Assembly (NCBI GenBank): GCA_038042445.1
Contig: JBBTED010000102.1
Location: forward strand, 1-28,992
DNA: 28,992 bases
Direction: 5' to 3'
DNA from: Candidatus Firestoneibacteriota bacterium
GTDB taxonomy: Bacteria; Oederibacteriota; D2-FULL-39-29; JBBTED01
The translations under genes and the position numbers were made by a program. This document shows, piece after piece, positions 18,428 through 27,002 of this stretch (positions are counted from its first letter, which is position 1; the number at the start of each line of letters is the position of its first letter). The notes beneath the pieces are model-generated. The model was not told the DNA's origin, ran no database searches, and worked only from the letters and a program-made list of their open reading frames with translations.

Positions 18428-18625
18428 GTAGGGCAAGGCTTTAGCCTTGCGTTGTAAGGTAAAGTTTTGCAAAGGTAAGCAAACCTAAAGAGCTTGTGCC
18501 AAAAGGTGTCATTCTGAGGCAATAGCCGAAGAATCTCGCTTTAAAGTCTTTTAAAAACGAGATCCTTCACTTCGTTCAGGATGACAAAATAGGGTTTTGG
18601 CACAAGCTCTAAAGGTTTGCCCTAC
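18428..18625. repeat. GTAG...CTAC REP doublet interrupted by a MITE
   Basis: Left arm GTAGGGCAAGGCTTTAGCCTTGC; right arm GCAAACC-TAAA-[insert]-TAAA-GGTTTGCCCTAC. Confidence 0.9.
18490..18609. mobile_element. 120-bp MITE with perfect 15-bp TIRs and 4-bp TAAA target-site duplication, carrying a GTCAT...ATGAC element (18508..18585)
   Basis: GAGCTTGTGCCAAAA (18490..18504) and TTTTGGCACAAGCTC (18595..18609); TAAA at 18486..18489 and 18610..18613. Confidence 0.85.
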
Positions 18626-18660
18626 AGTGGATGTAATGACATTTTTAAGGGAGGATAACA

Positions 18661-19911
18661 ATGTTAATAGCTGATTTGCATATTCATTCCAAATATAGTA
18701 TGGCTACATCAAGAGATATGGATATAGATCATTTAACAAAATCTGCCAAGATAAAAGGTGTGAATTTGCTTGCTACAGGTGATTTTACACATCCATTTTG
18801 GCTTAATGAACTAAAAAATAAATTAAAGCCTTTGAATAATGGTTTGTTTGAAAATGATGGAATATTATATATATTATCTGCAGAGATTTCAAATATCTTT
18901 CATAGAGCTGGAAAATTAAAAAAAATTCATACTGAGCTTTTTGCTCCAAGCTTTGAGGCAGTCGATAAAATAAATAAAGTTTTAGCAAAATATGGAAATT
19001 TAACTGCAGATGGCAGGCCTACGTTGACTTTTGATATAAAAGAACTTGTAAAAGCAGTATTGAATGTATGCCCTGAGTGTATTTTTGTGCCTGCACATGC
19101 ATGGACGCCATGGTTTTCTGTTTTTGGTTCAAATTCAGGATTTGATTCTATTGAGGAATGTTTTCAGGAGCAGTCAAAGCATATATTTGCAATTGAGACA
19201 GGATTGTCATCTGATCCAGCTATGAACTGGCGGATATCAAAGCTTGATACAATAGGATTAATATCTAATTCAGATGCACATTCTCCTGCTAAAATAGGCA
19301 GAGAAGCAAATGTTTTTGATATTGTCCCAAGTTTTACGGAATTGATGAATACCATAAAGAAAAAAGATAAAACAAAATTTCTATATACTATAGAATTTTA
19401 TCCTGAAGAAGGCAAATATCACTATGACGGACATAGAAATTGCAAAGTATGTATGGCACCACAAGAGTCTATAAAAGTAAATAATAAATGTCCTGTGTGT
19501 GGCAAGCTATTGACTATTGGTGTTGTTCATCGTGTGGAAAAACTTGCAGATAGAAAAGAGGGCGAAAAACCTGCAAATTTTATTCCATATAAGAACTTAG
19601 TTTCTCTGGGAGGAATAATTAGTGAGGCTATAGGTAAAGCACCAGGAACTATTGCTGTAGCAAATGAGTATAATAAAATAATTAATGCAGGTGAAAATGA
19701 GTTAAACATATTAATTAATTTATCTGAGGATAATCTTTACAAAATTGCTACTCCTAAGATAGCGGAAGGAATAATTCGTGTGCGTAATGGTAAAATTAAA
19801 ATTTATCCAGGACATGATGGCGAGTATGGTAAAATAACAATATTTACAGATGATGAGGTAAAGGATAAAGTAAAAGAAGAAAAACCCAAGAAACAGATGT
19901 CTTTGTTTTAA
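18661..19911 (+). CDS. Endonuclease Q family protein (PHP domain + zinc finger)
   Basis: ADLHIHSKYS, PAHAWTPW, ETGLSSD, SNSDAHS, GKYHYDGHRNC, CPVCG, PGHDGEYG; C-terminus QMSLF. Confidence 0.88.
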   Translation: MLIADLHIHSKYSMATSRDMDIDHLTKSAKIKGVNLLATGDFTHPFWLNELKNKLKPLNNGLFENDGILYILSAEISNIFHRAGKLKKIHTELFAPSFEAVDKINKVLAKYGNLTADGRPTLTFDIKELVKAVLNVCPECIFVPAHAWTPWFSVFGSNSGFDSIEECFQEQSKHIFAIETGLSSDPAMNWRISKLDTIGLISNSDAHSPAKIGREANVFDIVPSFTELMNTIKKKDKTKFLYTIEFYPEEGKYHYDGHRNCKVCMAPQESIKVNNKCPVCGKLLTIGVVHRVEKLADRKEGEKPANFIPYKNLVSLGGIISEAIGKAPGTIAVANEYNKIINAGENELNILINLSEDNLYKIATPKIAEGIIRVRNGKIKIYPGHDGEYGKITIFTDDEVKDKVKEEKPKKQMSLF

Positions 19912-19918
19912 AATAAAT

Positions 19919-20006
19919 GTCATTCCTGCGAAAGCAGGAATCCAGAGTCTTGTTTTAGCAATATTTAAAAGACACTGGATTCCCGATTAAAGAATTCGGG
20001 AATGAC
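19919..20006. repeat. Complete GTCAT...ATGAC palindromic doublet
   Basis: GTCATTCCTGCGAAAGCAGGAATCCAG ... CTGGATTCCCGATTAAAGAATTCGGGAATGAC. Confidence 0.9.
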
Positions 20007-20023
20007 AAAGAAAAAGTAAAGCT

Positions 20024-20953
20024 ATGTTATATAAAATTTTATTTATATTATTTGTGTTAATATTAATAGTAGATTTATCTATATTTTTACTAAAATTTTT
20101 AAAGGTTAGAAGAATAAAAAAAATAGAAACGCATACAAATAAATTAATTTCAAAAAAAGAATATACAAAAGCAGAGGAATTGCTAAATAAAGCTATAGTA
20201 AAATTTCCAAATGATGCGCATTTGCATTACAGTATGGGATATCTTAAATATAAAGCAAATTTAATTGATGATTCTATAAAAGAATTGTCTTATGCGATTT
20301 TCTTAGAAAATAAATTTTCAATGGCATATTATACTATTGGATATATATTATTTGATAAGCTTGGAAAAAATGAAGAGGCAAAAAAATATCTGAATCAGGC
20401 ACTTGAACTTAATCCTAAATATGAAAAACCTTATAATGTATTGGGAGTTATTTGTGAGGAAGAAGGAAATACGCAAGCTGCAAAAGATGCTTTTGAAAAA
20501 GCTTTAAAAATTAATGAAACAAGTGATACATATAATAATCTTGGGCTTTTATATATCAGGTTGGGAGAATATGATAAAGCACTACAAAATTTAAATAAAG
20601 CTATTCAATTAGAAAATAATAATTTAGAAGCTATTATAAATCTTGGGAATCTGTATGGTTTAATGCAAGACTATGACCTTTCCTGTAAAACATTAACTAA
20701 TGCAGAAGAACTTGATAAAAATAATAAATATGTGAAATATTGGCTTGGATGTGTTTATTATTTAAAAGGAGAATTTAAAGAAGCCATAAATAAGTTAGAA
20801 GAAGGATTAAAAATTGATGATAAGTTTGCAATTGCCTATTTACAACTTGCAATGGTATATAATAAAATGGGAGATAAAAATAAGGCAAATGAAATTTATA
20901 AATATGCAATAGAATTAGATCCACAACTAAAAAATACAGAAAAAAATGGCTGA
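20024..20953 (+). CDS. Membrane-anchored TPR protein
   Basis: N-terminal TM helix followed by a basic stretch, then a run of TPRs. Confidence 0.85.
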   Translation: MLYKILFILFVLILIVDLSIFLLKFLKVRRIKKIETHTNKLISKKEYTKAEELLNKAIVKFPNDAHLHYSMGYLKYKANLIDDSIKELSYAIFLENKFSMAYYTIGYILFDKLGKNEEAKKYLNQALELNPKYEKPYNVLGVICEEEGNTQAAKDAFEKALKINETSDTYNNLGLLYIRLGEYDKALQNLNKAIQLENNNLEAIINLGNLYGLMQDYDLSCKTLTNAEELDKNNKYVKYWLGCVYYLKGEFKEAINKLEEGLKIDDKFAIAYLQLAMVYNKMGDKNKANEIYKYAIELDPQLKNTEKNG

Positions 20954-21419
20954 TAAATTGGAATTATTAAAAAGTATTAGTATTTTTGCTGCTTTGACAT
21001 CAGAGGATTTGAAAATAATTGCTAATATAACAAAAGAAGAACATTTTGATAGTGGTGCAACTATTTTTAAAGAAGGTGATTCTGGAGGTAAGTTATATTT
21101 TGTTGTTAAAGGCACAATTAAAATATATAGAGATGGCATTGGAGAACAACGCAAAATCTTAGCATCATTAGTTGCCAATGAAGTGTTTGGAGAAATTTCA
21201 ATTTTCGATGATTTGCCAAGATCAGCTTCTGCTGTTACGTATGAAAGCTGCGATTTGTTAAGTATAAGTGCACCTGAATTAAATAAATTATTAGCGTATA
21301 ATACAGGGCTTGCAGTCAGATTATTAAGAGAACTCGTGAAAAATTTAAGTAAACGTTTAAGAGCTACAAACGATCACATACAAGATTATGTTCTTTGGGG
21401 TTTAACTTCAAAATTGTAA
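20946..21419 (+). CDS. Stand-alone cyclic-nucleotide-binding domain protein (no HTH)
   Basis: IFKEGDSG, phosphate-binding cassette FGEISIFDDLPRSASA, C-helix LSKRLRATN. Confidence 0.88.
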   Translation: MADKLELLKSISIFAALTSEDLKIIANITKEEHFDSGATIFKEGDSGGKLYFVVKGTIKIYRDGIGEQRKILASLVANEVFGEISIFDDLPRSASAVTYESCDLLSISAPELNKLLAYNTGLAVRLLRELVKNLSKRLRATNDHIQDYVLWGLTSKL

Positions 21420-21421
21420 TT

Positions 21422-22069
21422 ATGGAGAATACCTGTCATTTTCATCCTGAAGTTCCGCTAATATGTAGATGCACACGTTGTAGCAAAGGTTTGTGTAAAC
21501 TTTGTCAGCTTTTTATACGAGGTAATATATGTTGTCCTATTTGCTATGATGCACTGCGTTGTCTTTCTCCGTTAAAGCAAATGCAAGGACTGCAATATAA
21601 TCCAAAGCCAGAACATAGCAGAAGTTTAAAATTAATCCGAAAATCTTTATTCAGGACTGTAGTTATAGGCATATTTTTATTTGGTCTTACAAGAAAAGGT
21701 GAAGTTATGGGTTGGCTTAATAATGAAATTATACCAAAAGTCCAAAACACTGTTTTTAAAAAAATAGGAATTGATGTTGAAACTGCTAATATTAATCCAG
21801 TGGATAGTGCTGCAAGTTCAATAATAGAAGCACAATTAAACATTATTGCAAGACAACTTGAATATTATAGAGTTGCTGATGGAACATATCCAAAGAATTT
21901 AGAGGAATTTTTAAAAGAAAATTTTGATTCTGAAGTTAAAAAAAAAGATGTTACAGTAGACTCATGGGGTAATAGATATTATTATTCAGCAAATGGTGAA
22001 ACCTACGAATTAAGAAGTTTAGGTCCTGACGGTATTTTTGGAACAGCTGACGATATAATTTGCAAATAA
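21422..22069 (+). CDS. B-box-like zinc finger + TM + GspG/pseudopilin-like C-terminal domain protein
   Basis: CHFHP..CTRC..CKLC..CPIC; hydrophobic VVIGIFLFGL; LEYYRVADGTYP...DSWGNRYYY...YELRSLGPDGIFGTADDI typical of T2SS GspG heads; ATG at 21422. Confidence 0.75.
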   Translation: MENTCHFHPEVPLICRCTRCSKGLCKLCQLFIRGNICCPICYDALRCLSPLKQMQGLQYNPKPEHSRSLKLIRKSLFRTVVIGIFLFGLTRKGEVMGWLNNEIIPKVQNTVFKKIGIDVETANINPVDSAASSIIEAQLNIIARQLEYYRVADGTYPKNLEEFLKENFDSEVKKKDVTVDSWGNRYYYSANGETYELRSLGPDGIFGTADDIICK

Positions 22070-22081
22070 TCAAAACATGTT

Positions 22082-22140
22082 GTCATGCTGAACTTGGTTC
22101 AGCATCTCTCTTTGAGATCCCGAAACAAGTTCGGGATGAC
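22082..22140. repeat. Complete GTCAT...ATGAC palindromic doublet
   Basis: GTCATGCTGAACTTGGTTCAGCATCTC-tcttt-GAGATCCCGAAACAAGTTCGGGATGAC. Confidence 0.9.
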
Positions 22141-22182
22141 ACTAACATGTTTACTGAATACTTATTTAGGAGGATATATATT

Positions 22183-23319
22183 ATGTATAAGAAAAATTTT
22201 AATAGAAGGGAATTTATAAAAAAGAGTGCTGTTGGTTTTTTGGGGTTAACAGCATTTAATATGATTTCACCTATGGCGCGTAAAGCGGCGTATGCTTTTG
22301 AAAATAGCGGGGTTGAATATAGAATTTTAGGCAGAACTGGTTTAAAAGTGTCTTCAGTTGGTTTTGGTGCTATGAAAATGACAGATAATTCTGTTTTAAA
22401 AAGAGCTTTTGATTTAGGAGTAAATTATGTTGATACTGCTGATTGTTATCAGGGTGGTAATAATGAAATAAAAGTTGGCGAAGCAATAAAAGGAAAAAGA
22501 AAAGATGTAATTGTGGTAACCAAGGTTCATCCTGCAAGTGAAGCTGCAATGATGCGTTCTTTAGATACAAGTTTGTCGCGTTTAAACGTTGATTATATTG
22601 ATGTTATGCAGTTGCATAATGCTGCTCCTAAACAGATAAGTAATCCTGAAGTTATTAGGATACTTACAAAAATGAAAGATAGTGGAAAAATAAGATTTAT
22701 TGGAACGTCATCTCATGGCGATATTGAAGGTTGTATTTATGCAGCAATAAAAGCACAAGTTTATGATATGGTGCTTGTTTCCTATAATTTTGAAAGCCCA
22801 CAAACTGTTACAGATGCTATTGCAAAAACTGCTGAATCTGGAGTTGGAGTAGTTGCAATGAAAACACAAGCAGGAGGTTACAAAACAACGGAAAATATAA
22901 CTCCTCATCAGGCAATGCTTAAATGGGTTTTGCAAAATAAAAATGTGGCAACAACAATACCTGGAGTAGTATCTATTTCACAAATTGAAGAATTTTTTGA
23001 TGTTATGGGTATGAAGATGGGTAGTTCTGATTGGAAAAATCTTAACAAATATGGTCAAGCAATAGATAGTATATATTGTAGAATGTGTAACACTTGTAAT
23101 GGCAAATGCCCTAAGAAAGTTCAGATACAGGATATATTTCGTGCACTAATGTATGCCCAAGGATATAAAGATATGCAACTTGCTAAATCAACTTATGATA
23201 ATATAAATAATCAACAGAATGCTTCTGTTTGCACAGATTGTAATATATGTTCTGTTAAGTGTAAATACTCACTTCCAATTAAAGAAAAATTAGCCAAAGC
23301 ACATTCTTTGTTTTGTTAA
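22183..23319 (+). CDS. Tat-signal aldo/keto reductase with C-terminal 4Fe-4S dicluster
   Basis: AGGAGG then ATG 22183; NRREFIK twin-arginine motif; YRILGRTGLKVS, DTADCY; CRMCNTCNGKCP and CTDCNICSVKC. Confidence 0.88.
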   Translation: MYKKNFNRREFIKKSAVGFLGLTAFNMISPMARKAAYAFENSGVEYRILGRTGLKVSSVGFGAMKMTDNSVLKRAFDLGVNYVDTADCYQGGNNEIKVGEAIKGKRKDVIVVTKVHPASEAAMMRSLDTSLSRLNVDYIDVMQLHNAAPKQISNPEVIRILTKMKDSGKIRFIGTSSHGDIEGCIYAAIKAQVYDMVLVSYNFESPQTVTDAIAKTAESGVGVVAMKTQAGGYKTTENITPHQAMLKWVLQNKNVATTIPGVVSISQIEEFFDVMGMKMGSSDWKNLNKYGQAIDSIYCRMCNTCNGKCPKKVQIQDIFRALMYAQGYKDMQLAKSTYDNINNQQNASVCTDCNICSVKCKYSLPIKEKLAKAHSLFC

Positions 23320-23345
23320 TTTATTTTGCGATTTTTTCTGTAGTG

Positions 23346-23408
23346 GTAGTCGCAAGCTTTAGCTTGCGGTATTTTTATAATTTTTCGCAGGCTAAAGCCT
23401 GCGGCTAC
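23346..23408. repeat. GTAG...CTAC REP doublet
   Basis: GTAGT-CGCAAGC-TTTA-GCTTGCG ... CGCAGGC-TAAA-GCCTGCG-GCTAC. Confidence 0.88.
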
Positions 23409-23534
23409 CAAATACTTAGAATATACGATTTATATCTGGATATATCTGGTATTACATGTATTTGCAATATTAATCCACTTTAATCATTGTTTTATAAGCA
23501 TAAATCAGCATACTTTCAAAAAAATAAAAAATAC

Positions 23535-23563
23535 TTGACAAAACTGGTATTATGTGGTATACT
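23535..23563 (+). promoter_or_regulatory. Sigma70 promoter of the GntR-LacI regulator
   Basis: TTGACA (23535..23540), 17 bp, TATACT (23558..23563) with extended TGn. Confidence 0.75.
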
Positions 23564-23573
23564 ATATCACATA

Positions 23574-24683
23574 ATGAATATTATCCAAAAAGAAAGCCCA
23601 ATTTATATAACTACACAGTTAAAAGAAAACCTGCAAAAAAGAATTTTAGCTAATGAATTTTCTGTTGATACAAAACTGCCTTCAGAACGGGAATTGGCAC
23701 AAGAGTATAATATTAGCAGAATTTCAGTGAGAAGTGCGATTAAAGAATTGGAAAATGAAGATTTTTTATACAAAGTCCGAAGTAAAGGCACTTTTGTAAA
23801 AAACAGACAGGATTTTAAAATTGTTTCTAAGAAATCTATTAGTTTATTGGTTTCTCCACCTTTAAGAATGTCATTTTTTTCTACTATAATTTCTGGGATA
23901 GAAGAGGCAGCTTCAAAAAATGATTATGATTTATTCTTGCGATGTACTAATGAAGACACTTTTTTAGAAAAGAAATATATTCTGGAATTAAATGAAAGTA
24001 AAAACTCCGGACTTATAATTATTTCAGGAGCTAATTCTTTTAGAAATGCAGAGTTTTTTAAAAATCTTGCACAAAAAAATCCTATGGTGGTTATAGATAT
24101 GTTTTTAGGAGAAATACCTGCAGATTATGTTTTTTCAGATGATGAAAAAGGAACGTATGATGCGATTATGCATCTTATTGAATTAGGGCATACACGGATT
24201 TTACATCTTGCAGGACCAAAAAAAAATTCTACTGCTTCTTTAAGAATACAGGGATATAAAAAAACATTACAGGAGAAAAATATTGCAATTGATACAGATT
24301 TAATACGAGAAACTGATTGGAGTCTGGAAAGCGGTTATTATGAAACAAAGAAATTTTTCACTAATAATAAAAAGAGGGCAACTGCTATTTTTGCCTGTAG
24401 TGATGAAGTGGCAATTGGTGCATATAAAGCTGTTAAAGAACTGGGATTAAAAATTCCAGAAGATATATCTTTGGTTGGATATGCTAATCTTGATGTGGGG
24501 CGTCTATGGGAAGTCCCTTTAACTACAGTTGACCAGAGTCCTGAAAAAATGGGGCGAGAGGCTTTTAATCTTCTTTCGGAACGAATAGAAAGGAAAAGAA
24601 GTTTTTTTGAAGTAAAAAAAATACCAGTACCGACAAACTTAATAATAAGAGAATCCTGTGGAATAAAATTGAAAGGGGGATAA
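23574..24683 (+). CDS. GntR wHTH + LacI-type sugar-binding regulator (AraR-like architecture)
   Basis: KLPSERELAQEYNISRISVRSAI, AIFACSDEVAIG, IPEDISLVGY, PLTTVDQ; ATG 23574 chosen because it lies downstream of the promoter. Confidence 0.9.
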   Translation: MNIIQKESPIYITTQLKENLQKRILANEFSVDTKLPSERELAQEYNISRISVRSAIKELENEDFLYKVRSKGTFVKNRQDFKIVSKKSISLLVSPPLRMSFFSTIISGIEEAASKNDYDLFLRCTNEDTFLEKKYILELNESKNSGLIIISGANSFRNAEFFKNLAQKNPMVVIDMFLGEIPADYVFSDDEKGTYDAIMHLIELGHTRILHLAGPKKNSTASLRIQGYKKTLQEKNIAIDTDLIRETDWSLESGYYETKKFFTNNKKRATAIFACSDEVAIGAYKAVKELGLKIPEDISLVGYANLDVGRLWEVPLTTVDQSPEKMGREAFNLLSERIERKRSFFEVKKIPVPTNLIIRESCGIKLKGG

Positions 24684-26396
24684 ATGATTAAAGCTAAAAG
24701 ATTGTCTGAGGTAAAAAAAACGAAGCCGTATATTCCTGTAATTGGGGTGTTTGCTACTTGTGATCCAAGAATTGATAGGGACTCACGGCAGAGAGCTGTG
24801 AATATTGTTGAGATGTCTGCAAATATTATTGCAGAAACTGTGAAAATGCCGGATAAAACACCTGCAACAGTTGTATTTTCTTCAATATTAGTAGATGGAG
24901 AAAAACAAGCAGATATTGTTGCTCGTCAATTTCTTGAGGCAGGTGTCCAGATTCTTGTGTGTGTTCCTGATACATGGGCATTTCCTCAATTAAGTTTGAT
25001 TTCTTTAATTCAGCAGTTTCCTACTGATACACCGGTAAATTTAACTTGTGGTAATAGTGGTCCAAAACCCGGAGTTGTATTTACTCATGCAGCAAGTGGC
25101 GCAATTTCACAATATGGCAAACTTATACATATAAATGTAGGCACTTGGGCTGATACAGGTTTAAAACCTGAAATGACTGAAAATACGAAGCTTGCTCTTA
25201 TTGATTGGTGTTATGCGGCAGTAACAACTTGTGCACTTAAAGGGAGACGTGTTGTAATTTTTGGGCATGATTCAATGGGTATGGAAACTGCATTGGCACA
25301 TATTATTCCTACAAGAAATATATTTGGTATTGAAATTACCAGATTAGATATGAAACTTTTGTCTGATATGTTAAATAAAGAAGCGTATGATAAAAAAGAA
25401 CTTGGTGCGTTGCAAAATTGGTTAGATAAATTAGCAGGTCCCAGAATTGAGCTTCGCAATAAGGCAGATAAATCCAGACTCAAACAAAGTTTAGCAATGT
25501 ATTTAATAACACGTGATATTATGAAAGATTTAAATGCTGTTGGTGGAGGATTTATGAGCCAGCTGGAATGGGGTTCTGATAAAAGAGGTATTCCTCTTCC
25601 TGTAGCAGATATAATGGAATCACTTTTTAATTCCACTTTTGACCATAACGGTTCTAAATCACCTTTACCTTATGCTACTGAAGCAGATGTTCAGGGGTTG
25701 CTTACAATGCTTTTTTTTACTTATTTAACTGGTGGAAATCCTCCGCTTTTTATGGATTTCAGAAAAGCATGGGAATCATGGGAAATAAGAGCTTTGGCTG
25801 AAAAAATTGGAATGACAAAACTTGATGAATCCGCTTTATGGCTTAAAAAAGGATTTGTTGATGGTGATAATTCAGGTAGCGCATCTTTTGACTGGGCAAA
25901 TAAACCAGGAGCAAGTATTGAAGAAATTATGGGAAAAATTTCATTTCCACGTGCTGATGAAGGATATTTCCCTGGACTGGGCAATTCTATTACTTATGTT
26001 AGCCCTGGAGGTATAGAAGGTATTGCTGGTAGATTAGGGTATTCATCAACTTCAGGAATGTTTTCTTTAATATGGGATGAAGCAGGGACTGTAGATTTGC
26101 CAGAAAAATTATCAAAAGCTGTTTGCCATACTTCTACACCAACATGGCCACATACTTTTGTTGTTCCGAAATATGCAAGTATGCTGGAATACAAGCAATA
26201 TGCACCAGCTAATCATTTGCATATGATATGGGGGTTAAATCCATCACGTTTGGAATATTGGATGGATTTAAATAATGTTTTATCAGCTACTCCTTGGGCT
26301 TCACGTTGCTCTTTTGTAGAAAATGTTGATAGACCATTACCTCTTCTTTATATTTTAAATGGCGGAGAAGTTAATGCTAAACTAATGAGAAAATAA
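24684..26396 (+). CDS. L-fucose/D-arabinose isomerase family protein (substrate uncertain)
   Basis: CDPRID, MESLFNSTFDHNG, ATEADVQG, TPTWPHTF, PANH resemble FucI motifs, including candidate E/D/H metal ligands. Confidence 0.8.
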   Translation: MIKAKRLSEVKKTKPYIPVIGVFATCDPRIDRDSRQRAVNIVEMSANIIAETVKMPDKTPATVVFSSILVDGEKQADIVARQFLEAGVQILVCVPDTWAFPQLSLISLIQQFPTDTPVNLTCGNSGPKPGVVFTHAASGAISQYGKLIHINVGTWADTGLKPEMTENTKLALIDWCYAAVTTCALKGRRVVIFGHDSMGMETALAHIIPTRNIFGIEITRLDMKLLSDMLNKEAYDKKELGALQNWLDKLAGPRIELRNKADKSRLKQSLAMYLITRDIMKDLNAVGGGFMSQLEWGSDKRGIPLPVADIMESLFNSTFDHNGSKSPLPYATEADVQGLLTMLFFTYLTGGNPPLFMDFRKAWESWEIRALAEKIGMTKLDESALWLKKGFVDGDNSGSASFDWANKPGASIEEIMGKISFPRADEGYFPGLGNSITYVSPGGIEGIAGRLGYSSTSGMFSLIWDEAGTVDLPEKLSKAVCHTSTPTWPHTFVVPKYASMLEYKQYAPANHLHMIWGLNPSRLEYWMDLNNVLSATPWASRCSFVENVDRPLPLLYILNGGEVNAKLMRK

Positions 26397-26542
26397 TATT
26401 TTAATACGAGGTACTGTAAAAAGTTTTATGAAAGAAAAATTCATAAATACTGATAAATAAAGGTTAAATCTCTTTCATAATGGGGGAGGGAACTTAAAAG
26501 AGGGGATTAAAATCAAATTAATACAAACGCATTAAGTTTTTT

Positions 26543-26593
26543 GTAGTTGCCGATTTATCGACTTTTAAATTATGCTCATAAATGAGCGACTAC
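26543..26593. repeat. GTAG...CTAC REP doublet abutting the truncated kinase gene
   Basis: GTAGTT-GCCGA-TTTA-TCGAC ... GCTCA-TAAA-TGAGC-GACTAC. Confidence 0.8.
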
Positions 26594-26850
26594 TAGTTGG
26601 TGGTGGAACGAAAAATAAACTGTTATGTCAATTTACTGCAAATGCTACACAAATTCCAGTAATTGCAGGCCCTATTGAAGCTACTGCTATTGGAAATATT
26701 TTAATGCAGGCAATAGCAGAAGGTGAAATTCCTTCTATAAAAAATGCAAGAGAGATTGTTCGTGATTCGTATGAAATAAAAGTTTATAAACCGCAGAATA
26801 GTTCTTGCTGGGAAGAAGCCTATCAACGGTATTTAAAAAATCTGGACTAA
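26594..26850 (+). pseudogene. 3' remnant of a rhamnulokinase/fuculokinase (FGGY family)
   Basis: VGGGTKNKLLCQFTANATQIPVIAGPIEATAIGNILMQ is the C-terminus of RhaB-like kinases; the N-terminal part is missing and the ORF's ATG-proximal codons come from the REP. Confidence 0.85.
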
Positions 26851-26885
26851 TAACTAAAAAAAGGTACTTCTGGAATTTTAGTGGG

Positions 26886-26980
26886 TTCCCCTCTTTGGAA
26901 AAGAGGGGTAGGGGAGATTTTACATAACTAACTCCATATATATTTTAAAATCACTCTCAATCCCTTTTTCAAAGGGGGAA
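26886..26980. repeat. Purine-rich palindromic doublet between convergent genes (may also act as a terminator)
   Basis: TTCCCCTCTTTGGAAAAGAGGGGTAGGGGAGATTTT ... AAAATCACTCTCAATCCCTTTTTCAAAGGGGGAA. Confidence 0.75.
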
Positions 26981-27002
26981 ACAAAATTTATAGATTCGAA
27001 TA

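Noticed and set aside
22060..22182. N-terminal extension of the AKR ORF (CHAELGSASLFEIPKQVRDD)
   Set aside because: It is repeat-derived; a strong RBS and the Tat motif favour ATG 22183.
23487..23573. Longer TTG start for the GntR regulator
   Set aside because: It runs through the promoter boxes and has no domain similarity.
26466..26514. G-rich stretch as a further repeat remnant
   Set aside because: It loosely resembles the purine-rich family but has no clean stem, so boundaries cannot be supported.
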